A stretch of 64,000 nt of DNA from Gnetum montanum (Eukaryota; Plantae; Gnetophyta), in contig MNCI01002962.1 in NCBI GenBank assembly GCA_015680685.1, forward strand, positions 1 to 64,000, written 5' to 3'. Position numbers and translations under genes: made by a program. Of the stretch, positions 40,501 through 52,500 are shown in pieces. The notes under the pieces are model-generated. The model worked only from the letters and a program-made list of their open reading frames with translations. It had not been told where the DNA came from and ran no database searches. Positions within the stretch are counted from its first letter, which is position 1, and each line of letters begins with the position of its first letter.

Positions 40501-43500
40501 GTTAGCTAAGAGGCGCTGAGGGAGATTATGTTGTGCAAGGGGTTCAATCCCTAATTTGTGAATCTTGGTATCCAGTTGTAGGCCTTGGGGAATTACTCCT
40601 TTGATATCAATGGTCGACTTTGGGGTTTTGCCAAACCAGGTCTGGGGCTTTGACAAAGGGGATCCCCTTTCCCACTCCTTTTTATTATTGTCATGGACTT
40701 ATTATAGATAGATTGTGAGGCAAAGGGGGTAAGAGGTTTGGAGGTTGTGGGGGTTGAATGTTTGGTTGAACATTACGCTAACAATACTATTTTGTTTTCA
40801 TGTGTAGCCGTTCCGTAGGCCCTTGCACTCAATCGTGCATTGGATCGGATGGCCCAGGAGGTGAGTCTTGAGATAAATCAGGCAAAGTTAGCGGTTCATT
40901 GGGTGAATGCAGATGATCGAGTTAAGGGTAGGATCTCCCAAATACTGGGATTTCTAGCAAGCACAAAACAAGCCTTGTATTTAGAAATGCCAATTTTTGC
41001 CTAGCATAGAAATCATACATGGTCAACCTTGCTACAAAAATTTCAACAACGTATTGGCCACTGGACCAATCGATTCCTGACAAGGAAATGAAGGATTATG
41101 TTGGCTTCTTCCATTCTTATGGTGGGGAAGGGAGGTGTGAAATGGTTTGCACCTCATATGCTAGGAAAATGTTGCAAGGCCAAAGGAGGCAAGAGGGCTT
41201 GGGTAGTTGAAATTCCATGATGAGATAATTATGGGTTATTAGCGCCTAGTTAATAGATTGTTACTGCCGGAGGAGTGTTCAGCCTAGTGGATATGCATTA
41301 TGCACCAAAAGTACCAACAATGGAAGGCTAAGACATGGAAGTCACCGATGTGGTAGGCCAGGTGTAGACATGCCAAAGAGATTATACAAAAAGGCCTTCT
41401 GGGAAGCCCACCTAGAGACATTATTAACACTAAGTACCCCCAACTCATGGGTGGATACCTATCTGGAAGGGCAAACTTTCCAGAGAAAGTGAAAGTCTTT
41501 GTTTGGTTAACTAAGCAAGTCGTGCTTCGAGTGCAAGCATTCCTCAAGGCATGAGGATTAAACATTAATCATCTCTATCCCTTATGTCTGAAGGAGGCTA
41601 AGACAGTAAATCATATCGTGTACCAATGCTCTTATTTGTTGGACACTTAGCAAGCAACCGCATTGCTGCCACCGGTCAACCTAGACGAGGACTCAACAAC
41701 GATCACAATGTTGTGGTCCTTGTGGAAGACAAGGAATAATCCGATCTTTAGGGCCCTATGTCTTCCTCAGCCAGCACAAGTGGTTGCACTTGGAGTCTAA
41801 CTATGGTGGGAAGCTTCGATAACAATAGGTCGGATGCAAATTTTTAAGCCTTCAAGTGCCATTTTCCAAGTGATTCTCATGTTGTGGGAACTGGTGGAAT
41901 GGGTGGGCTACGTAGAGCTCCTACCCAACCTAGAAGGGGACCCCAAGCTGGCAGATGATACATTCTTCACCAGTTGGATCAGGAATGAATCAACATTTCA
42001 AGGCGTCAAGACTAAACCAACAGAGCTGGCGTTGGCTGTGGGTTTGGGGGTTTTGGTGAAAGGGAAAACAATCCTCTCAATTATAACAAGCCTCGAGCAT
42101 GCGAAAGGTTTTTTCAGGAGGGTGATGCCTAAAACAGTGAGCGGACATGTGCCAAAGTCAGCATTACAACAACTTTGGCAAGAGGCAACGATGTTGATTG
42201 ATAGGTTTCTAGTTCATTTAGGAAGTTTAGCTAAGCTCCTAGGCATACATTTTGCTTTTATGAGTTGCTTAAGGCTTGGTACTGCTGTCAATTTGTCGTG
42301 GTACTTTCTGGCGTAGCTTTGGCAACAACGCAAAGGGCACCATTTGGGTATCATACTACCCCTGGTGAGAATCAGCACATCCATGATGCCACAAGAGCAG
42401 AGGTAGGCTCCTAATTTAGCGTACACTAGAAGGGTGAGGCAGTTTGGGGTATCAAGGTCAATGTCAAGGTCAGGGACTACGTAGCTACCAAAAGCAACAC
42501 CAATGATGAATTCAATGCAAAGGATGGCTAAGCCTTGAGAGGATGTAGGATAATAAGGGCTAGCTAAAATAGAGGGACACGACCAGGAAACTCAGAGTTG
42601 TTGTTAGCAAGCCGCAGAGGACGTTGCAGAGCAGGCAAGGATGGAGGAGAGGGCCCTCTGGGAGGCAAGATGGGTCACACACAAAGAGGCTTTCAAACAA
42701 TTTACTACTCAAGCGGCACTACAACATCCTGAGTTAGAAGATGAGATTAGAAGATGCCGGCAACTATAAGAAGATTCTGCCAGGGTAGTGCTCATTGATG
42801 AGCTGTGGGTGCAGATAAGAGAGGAGCATCAACAAGAGGAGCAACAATGGCTGAAAAGGGAATGGGCTGCCAAACAAACCTAAGAGAGACAACAGATTGA
42901 GGTCGCAAAACTCCAACAACAACTAGACAGAGCCCATGCAACTAACACGCATCTCTGGTTTCGGAAGGGAAGTTAACCATATGTTGTGTTAAATATTAAT
43001 TGTAATATGACCTGGCTGGCCCTATGCTAGCAGATCTGTTGTACCGCTACCAAGCTTCACCCAAATGGGAAGGGTGATAAGGCTAAGCAAGTCAAAAAGG
43101 AGACAACAACCTTTGTGGATACTAAAAGACATAAGGAGATCCCCTAAGCCATACACTACCAGAGTGCAAAGACTATGAATGTACAAGTCTTTTGAAAAGA
43201 CTCTAGGGACTAGGAATTTGGGGTTGGTGGATTTGTTCAGCTCCCAATTCCTGGTATTGATAAAACCTTTTTGTTACTAAAAATAGGGATTTTGGGATGA
43301 GGGGATCCACCATATTTCCCACGCGTGAATCATTTAGGGTCTCCAGGGTGGCAAGGCCTGGGCTTTAAGGATGTCAAGGACTATCCACATTTTGCAATTG
43401 TTGGCTTTACCCTACGCCTCCAGATCAACAAGCCCCCGCTAGAGGGAGTCCGAACCATGCAGCGGAGTCTCATTGGCCGCTTTGTCTCCCAGGGCACCCG

Positions 43501-46500
43501 CCCGCGGTTGGACTTAATCCATCGGTGGGCGCAAGAGCAATGGAAGGTTGGATTGGTGCATGTTCGGAGTCTATCCGAGGACCTACTTTTGTTCATCTTC
43601 CCGTCTCAGCAAGCTAGAGACTCGATGCGGCTTGGGGGCCTATGGTTTTACGGGGCTCGGGGGCTGGCTTTGATCCCATGGTGCCCCGGGGCCCATCGCG
43701 AGACCGACCTATTTGCCTAGGCCCCAGTATGGATGCAGGTCTCCAAGATCTCGTGGGAATTATGGAACTTGGAGTTCCTGAAGAAAATAGCGGGGTTCTT
43801 CGAAGACATTGGGTTAACGTGGTCCAGGAGAGCTCAAAGCTGCAAAAACCCAGGGAGGCCTGCCTGCATTTGAAGGACTCCGAGTGCATTCCGATGTCAC
43901 CGACGGGGGGCTGACCTAGCCACCCCTCTAAGACTCTGGCACCGGATAAACAAACAAAAAAGAGTATTGATTTGGAGCTCCAGCAAACTCTACAGGAAGT
44001 CTACCAGCGACACTTGACCAATCACGCATGAAGCTGCTTTCATGGAATTGTAGGGGACATGGTACGTCCTATAAAAGAACTACCCTACGACAGATTGTCA
44101 GCACTAAGGATTGTGACATTGTGTGCCTGCAAGAAACCAAACTGCAAGTGGTGAAGGCCTTCCACCTACAATGGGGGGGATGGAAAGTGCTCCTGAGGCC
44201 CTACATGGGGTGGGTAGGAGGCCTCGCCATCCTGGCACGTTTTGAAATTTTGTTGGTTGACTCGTCACAATGGGGCTTGACTGTCCACATTCCCTCCCTA
44301 GGCCTATGGTTGACCAATTTCTATGGGGCCCAAGCATGGAAGCTGTGGTTGTTGGAGTTGGAGCAGGTAGCAATGCTGGTGCCAAATCCCCGAGCATGGC
44401 TCATTGTCGGGGATTTCAACCAACAACTCCACTCCTAGGAAAAGTTAGGTGCATGCTACTCGAGGCCCCCTAGAGCTCAAGAGTTTCAAAACTTCTTGTC
44501 ATCTTACTCACTGGTTGACCTAGAGATTGAGAATTGTTAATTCACATAGAGCAACAGGCAAAAAGGAGCCAACTATGTCCTCTCTAGAATCGACTAGGTT
44601 TGGATCAACTTGGAGCTCCTATTGCAATTGGATGCATGGGTCACAGGACAGAAGCGGGTCACCTTGGATCACCAATCGCTCATTTGCTATCTTGGACCTC
44701 CGAGGAGACGGGCTCCTCAGTCATTTCGTTTTGAGGCTAGTTGGTTGCTCAAGCCCTAGTTACACCCATTGGTCAAAGACATCTAGGCAGACTACCAACT
44801 AGGCTAGGAGGACCCTAGGAATTTTCTTCAGGAGGGGCTCCTACACCTAAAGTGGGCTATCAGGTCCATGCTTGTGGAGGAAAAGTTCTCGTTCCGGACA
44901 AGCCGTACAAACCTTAAATCCAGGTTGGCCTAGGTACAGCACCGACAAGAGTCAAGGGAGGACCTACATGACGAGGAACAAAACATTCTAATGCAACTAT
45001 AGGCGCTTGATCTGGAAGAGGAAATCTATTGGAAACAACGATCACAGACCAGGTGGCTCAAGGAGGGGACAAGCAAATGAAATTCTTTTTTGTCGAGGCA
45101 AAGTCTCGTGGGTGGAGCCAACGACAGGTGTTGATGACCAACGTGGGGGTCCTTGTCAATGATCAAAAGGACATTGCCCAAGAATTTGCAACATATTGGG
45201 GGGCGATTTGGGCAAAACAACCCACAATGCCAGTATCAGTGCAGGCTCCGCGGGTGCTAGAGGAAGATGACAACGCTCGGTTGTTAAACCTGTTTACCTA
45301 GCAGGAGTTGAAAGAGACTATTGGGTCTATGCCAAGAGGGAAGGCACCTAGGCTTGATGGTTGGAGCCTTGAATTTTTCAAGGAATTTTTCAATATTGTG
45401 GGGCCCAATATTCTCTACACTTTTAATCTAATGTCCAAGCGACAGATCCGTCAGGAGATCAACTGCTCCAGAATTGTCTACATTCCCAAATGTGCTGATG
45501 CTTCTTCTCCGGCTCACTTCTGACCCATAAGGGTCCGTAACGTGTTGGTCCAAATTTTCTCCAAGATACTCGTATGGAGGTTGGTTCCCATTATGCCCAA
45601 GCTTGTCAGGGATCACCAAACGAGGTTCGTTAGGGGCAGACCCTGCAAGACCAAGTGCTCCTCATGCAGGAGCTACTTCACTCCTTGCATCACTCGAAAT
45701 TTCCTGGACTGTGCCTCAAGTTAGACATTGCAAAGGCATACGATACAGTCAATTAGAAGGCACTTACCATCATTATGATGCAGAAAGGTTTTGATCCGGA
45801 ATTCATCCAATTATGTGTCCACCTCCAATCATCGCCCGTGTTCTCCTTCGATGTGGGGGGGCAGCTATGGGGTCTATTGTCCCCTGAAAGGGAATTGCAA
45901 CAAGGGGACCCTCTTTTGCCTTTGCTCTTTATCATCGCTATGGACTTATTGAAGTACTATTGCAAGGTTGTGGGGGTTGGGGGTAGGGGACCTGAGGATT
46001 GTTAGGGTGGAGTGCCTAGTTGAACACTACACCGATGACACGATGCTAATCAATTGGGCTAGGGTCCCACAAACACAATGTATTAACTAGGTGCTCACGT
46101 GGATGGCAGATGAGCTGGGCCTGGTGATCAAGCATGAGAAGTCATTTGCACACTTCCTTAACATGGATGCATAGATTAAGGGTCGAGTCACGCAAATTCT
46201 AGGTTTCCCTTCTGGGACGGCTTAGGACTCCTATCTTGGCATTCCACTCTTTGCCTGGGAACACTGTGCGGCTTGGGGAACGATCTTGGCAAAAATCGAA
46301 AGTCAGGTGGGACATTGGGTGAACTAATTCCTTACCCAAAAGCGACAACTAGTGCTGGTGTCGGGGGTGCTCGTGGTAATGGCACGTTTTGTGGTTGTGG
46401 TCGCCACCCCCCCCCCCCTCGGGGGCTATGATCCAAGCCCTTAATCGGCATGTTCATAAGTTCATGTGGTCAAGCAATAGAGGGGGGTGCAAACTGTACT

Positions 46501-49500
46501 TAGCTAGATGGGATCGGATTGCATGCCCTTGAGCCATAAGGGGCCTTGGTGTCTCCAAATTCAAGGACAAAATGACACTTGGACAGAAACACTTGCTTTT
46601 ACGTTTCACCCGCAACCCAGTGGATGCGGATAATGAATGGCAAGTACATCAAGTGGTAGATGAGGACACATGATTCAAGACCGTGGCAAACACTTTGCAC
46701 CCATGCGTAGTGCATGCAGCTGCGGGGATGGTTGGATTTTGAGCCTCACCAACTTTTATCTTCTATCTACCCGCCAATGCCAGGATGGAAGCAGGTCTAG
46801 CAAGGGTGACTGCTCAAAAAAATTAAAGTCCTCCTATGGCTCCTCGAGAGCAATGCCTTGACCATTCAAGCAAATTTAAGGTGACACAACCTCAATATTA
46901 ATGTCACCTACCCACTTTGCGAGGATGTGCCCGAAATTGTCATGCACTTTGCTTTTCAGTGCCCTTACATGCATGCCACATGGCACGCAATGAGAGGGCT
47001 TCCCCCTCTACCACTCTTGGGAAACTCTAAGGCCACATTACTTTTATGGGAGGCTTGGAAAGCCCAGACTCATAAAGTCTTTCACCAGCACCTTTTGCCC
47101 CCCTTGTGCAGGTGATTTCACAGGCTAAAAGAGCATGGGCAGAAATCATGACAACAAAGGCGATAACGCCAACTTACGAACCTGACTACGTGGCGTTTTG
47201 GGCTAACTCTGGGCTCTGGGGGATGGTGGAATGTTGTGGGTGGACTCTGGTCCTCCCGCAGCTGGTGGGTGACCCAACCCTCCCTAACGATGCATTTTTC
47301 ACCAACTGGCAAGATGACTGAACAATTTTTCAAGGTGTTGAAATTACCCTGATAGAGATAGCGATTGCCAAGTATCTGGGGGCCCAAGAAGAGGGCAAAA
47401 TTATTTTTCCCTCTACCTTAGGGTTGCAGGACGCTGACATGTTCTTTACTAGGTCGGTGCCATACATGCAGAGTCGGCAAGTGCCCAAGTCCGCTCTGCT
47501 GCAGGTTTGGGATCGACGGCTGAGTTGGTTGACCGATTCTTTGTCCAAGCTGTAGGGCATGCACTTTGCGTTCCTAAAATGCTTGAAATTAGGTACCAAG
47601 GTTAACATGCCCTGCTTTTTTCTAGCTATCTTGAAACAGCATAAGAGGGGAGGCCATTCTGGGCTTATTCTTGCCTTTGGCAGCAGGCAGCAGGGGCACA
47701 TCTAGTGGCAGGACCGTCTAGGCCTTCTAGGCCTTCCCGGTCAAGGGCGGGTCCGTCCAGTTCCTCTGGGTCCTCCCGGTCTAGGGTCGTTTTAATGATT
47801 GCAGTGTTGTGCACGCAAAAGTGGACTAGCCTTCAGGGGCTGACCGTCTCGAGCCCTATGGCTATGGCAGACACATTTCCATCGAAGGAGTCTGGGCACG
47901 ATATGCTGCTAGCAAACAAGCTCCACTGTGTGGCGAAAGAAGCAGCTACCGTGGTTCAAGCTGAAGAGAGATGGGCTTGGGAGGCCAGGTGGGAGGAAGC
48001 CCTCACTCGAGTGCAAGCTAACTTGGAAGCCCGCTTCCAGGAGCAAGAGAAAGAGCTACTTTGCTAGGAAACCCTGATGGTAGAGGGGGCCCCAGCCCAA
48101 ATGACTAACGAGCTCCATGCCCAGGTTTGCAAGGAGTTGTTGTAGGAGGAGGCCACTCGTAGAGATCGGGAGAGGACGGAGAGTGTCCAGCAAGCTCGGG
48201 AGCAAGAAGAGGAAAGACAAAGATAGAGGTAGCTGGATCAGGTGCACGAGCAAAGTGTGCGACAGTGGCTTTGGAATGGGAGATGCCCATATCTTGTGTT
48301 GGCCATCAATTGTGAGTGCTCATGGGGGGCTCTCAAGCGACACATCTGTTGTACATCTACGCATTTCCACCCAGACGGTGGGAGTTCAGCTATAGAGCAG
48401 AGTCATTGTGAAGCTGCCATGCAAGCAATCCAACATGCGGCCAATTTTGTGGATTCCAAGTTGCATCGCAATACATTGGACATCCTCCATGCTCTTGAAC
48501 GACCACACTACACATGTCATGGGCTGCCTGGGCACCCGTAGTGTCTCTGGGGTTTCATGGGCCCATTTCGTGTTTTCCTTCCTGTGAGTAGAGGTGTTGC
48601 TCTCGTTGCTTTCGATTGGCCAATCTGGCCTGATTTTGTTGTACATCTAAGGTGTCTAGATGAGGGGGTTGTTGCTCAATGTTTACCCCCTTCCCCCATT
48701 TTTGGTAAATTGTCGTTGGGGTCCATGTTGGGTCTGGCCAATGGTAGCCAACATTGGGTCAAGGATGTCTATCTCTCCCTATTGGCGGTTTGATCCGTGT
48801 TGGCCACCTCAGGTGGCCCCGATTTGTATTTTTAGTTTTTCCTTTCCAGTAATTTAATTTAATCCCAAACATTCTCTCAAAAAAATTTATCAATCATTGA
48901 TATTTAGTTACACTAATCATTATCCTTAATTGTTAGACTGTACTGATATAATCTACTGATTGAATGCCTAAAATTATGGGGTTGAATGCTATTTAACAGA
49001 GGGAGAGGTAATAAATGTATCAAAAAATTCACTTCTGAAGGAAAATACAATCCACCTACTTTCTCATGGTTGTTTCCCTTCACATTGAATGATTTTTACA
49101 TTTGGGTTTTCCACATAAATTTTACTGTGTTTTTTCTCATCTTTTTTCTTTTCATTTTCGTTCCACAATTTTATTTAAATGATATTTTATAAAAACAGAT
49201 ATTAGAGCTGCAATCGAGAAGGAATAGTGCTTTTGCAAAGCACAGATAAGTTGATAGGTGCAAAAACACTCGGTTGTTTGGAAAATTCTTATGGAAGGCA
49301 TTCTCTACCAAAAGGAGTGTGATATTGTGTTGCAGACAAAGATAAAAGATAAGGCAAAGGCTAATTCTGTTCGTCTAATGCATATTGGCTGAAGAAGCAT
49401 TTGGACAAAGAATGGAAAAGACTTGTCAGCTTTCTTTGGTAAAGTTGTGTTTGAGTATGGAATTCTTCAATCTCATAACTCAATTTTTTCTAAACATGAA

Positions 49501-52500
49501 CTTTAGCAGACTATGAAGCAAACAATGTGACCAAGCAACTCGTATGAATCAATATTATACTATTAACAAGATTTTTAAAATGAAAATTAATTGTAAGTCC
49601 ACTTGGATGAAATGAATAGTTTATTTAGGCAATAACATTTGAAGAAAACCGATCAGTTGAATCTAAGGCTTTCTAATCATCCTGCTAGGGGTAGAGTTTG
49701 AATGGGGGGAAGCATAGCAAATGCAAGGAACGCAACAAGTGAGATGGGAGGTTCAGGTGTGGTGGGCGAGATGCAAGGTCTAGGCACAGCGGATGGTCTG
49801 GCTATAGAGGGAGGTGTTGTAGCTAGCGGGTCAGGAGTCCCGATGGGAGTGGGGGTCAATGGCTAGCAAGGTTGGGATGGTTCAGCTTGGTGCCTTGGGG
49901 TCGGAGGCATGGAGGAGTGTCTGCAAGACAAAGGTTCTTTGAAGTTTAAGATGAAGGCCCCTTCTAGGGAGGGTCTGCAGGGAGTGGAGATGAGCTTAAT
50001 CAGTAAGTTCATCTCCACAGGTGCGCTGCCACCTTTTGACCAAGTTAAAAAATGGGTGGCAATGCATTGGAATTTTTGTCCCGTGGATGTTTGTTGTCTC
50101 AAGGGCAGGCTCTTTTTGTTTGCTTTCAAGTCACTACAGGACATGGAGAGGGTTTTGATGGGGGTCCCACGGTTCTTTGGGGCACATGATTTAGCGTTGA
50201 CTTATCATAGGCCAAGGGCCCATAGAGACCCCAATATATTTTCCAAGGCCCTTGTCTAGATCCGGGTGTCTGATATCTCGTGGGAAATCTAGACGAAGGA
50301 GTTCCTCCATACCCTTGCTAGTTGCCTTGGTGACTTCATTTGCTTTGACTATGCAACAGGATCCCTGGAGAGGATGGCATTTGCCTGTTTTTGTGTGTGG
50401 AGGTCACTTTCTCCTAAGGACCTGAGCCAGGAGGTTATCCTTAGCTTCCCTACTGGTGAGGAGAAGGTGAGAATAGAATATGAGAATGTGATGGTTGATC
50501 CTAGGACACCAAGGAGGCCGCCAGGGTCATGCTCATGTGCCACTTGTGGTAAGGCAAGGTTGGTCATAAAGCGCAAGACCAGAAGAATGGAGGTGCGGCC
50601 TAGACACTAGTAACTCAAAAAGGGCAAGTGGCACAGCATTAGGACCAGATGGTGGGGGTTTCAAAGCCTCGTCAACTAGCACCAGTAGAGGTTGCTGGGG
50701 GTGATGGGCCTGTTAACCTACCTAACCAGGATGGTGGTGAAGGGGATAGAAGCTTTGAAGGTGGGCAGGCCGACCTACCCATTCACCATGTTGGTGAGGG
50801 GGTGGAATTGGATGTGTCGATTTCACCAAGGTTTGATAAGTCATGGAGGTCTTTCAAGTCCTCGAGTTCACTAGGGCCACCTGTCAAGGGTAGTTCTCAG
50901 GAGGCAGTTGTTGGTTTGGGGATCAAGCTCCCTCCCCTGGCCAATTGGGTTTCGGTCATTAGGAGGGGGGGCCCTGCCATCTATGGATGAGATTGAGAAA
51001 GGGGGTGTAGTGGCCAAGGGACCTTATACAATGTCGCATGATACTGGTAAAGTGGGGAGGCCGTCGGCCTCTCTTGTCCGAACTTGATGAACTCAAATGG
51101 AGGTGGATTTGGTGGTCCAACAAACCCTCGAGGAGGTCTACAAACGCACAGGATGTAGGACATGAGGTTCCTTACATGGAACTATAAGGAGCAAGGTACC
51201 TCCTATAAACAAAATACCCTGAGGAGATTGTGCAACGGGAGATTTGCAATGTGGTCTATCTACAAGAAACCAAATTGCAACAGTAGGAGTCTCATTGGCT
51301 TCAGTGGCAAGTGGTCCCTAGTCGAGGCAGGGCTGGCGGGCTGGCTCTGCTATCACATGGGCGGTTGGAGGTTTTGAATTGCTCCAGTTGGAACATACAA
51401 CCTTTCTTCCAGATTCCAGAGTTTGGATTATGAATTTCTATGGTGCCCAAATGTGGGAGGGTTAGGTACAGGAGCTGCAAAGGATTGCGGCTCTTGTCTT
51501 GGACCGATGGTGTTTGATGATCCTTGGGGACTTCAACCAATGTCTTTATGGGTGAGAGAAATCTAATGGAGGGGCTCAAGACCCTCTAGGAGCTCAGGAA
51601 TGCCTAGAGTTTCTAGAAAAGAATGAGCTTGTCGACTTGGAGATCCAAGGGTGTCACTTCACGTGGAGTAACCGATGGAAAGGGAGTGACCGGCTATGAC
51701 CAAGATTGACCGTGTTTAAGTCAGTTCCTCGTTTTTCATCACAAAAGGGGTCATGGCAACAACCTTGGAAAGGGTGGCCTCAGATCACCAAGCTATTGTC
51801 TACTGTGTTGGTGATGGTCCAACCAAGAGACCCGAGCCTTTAGGTTTGAATGGTATTGGCTCCACAAGCCGTGGGTGAGACCTTTGGAGGCTGAAATCTA
51901 GGGGACTTACACGAGGTTGCATGAACCTCGGGATTTTTTGAAGAAGGGGTTGTCTAGGTTAAAACAGGCCTTGAAAAGGATCAATTCTGAGGATAAGTAC
52001 TCTTTCAAAAGTGAGAAAGGGCGACTAGCGCATCCAAAAGGGACAAGAAGAAGGTCAAGATTTGGAACAAGAGGAGTTCCCAACTTCAAGCAATTGACAG
52101 AGAGGTGGAGGCCAATTTGGTGACAATGGTCCAGGGTGCGTTGGCTAAAAGATGGGGATCAGAATACATGCTTTTTCTTTGTGGATGCCTCTACGATGAA
52201 AACTTATAAGTGGATTTCTCATCCCTCTATCCATTGACAAGAGATTGCTAGGGAGGAGAAGGTTGCTCAGACCTTGATGGACTTTTGGTCTAACATCTGG
52301 AGGAGGCGACCAATGCAGCCACTGTTTGTTCAAGTTGAGTCTATCTTGCAAAATGAGGATAATTGTCGTCTGGTGTCCCCCTTTTCCATGATTGAGTTGG
52401 AGGACGCTTTGGGATCCATGAAAATGGGTACGACGCCAAGACCTGATGAGTGGCCAGTGGAATTCTTTCGAAGTTTCATAGATCTTCTTAGGGACAACAT

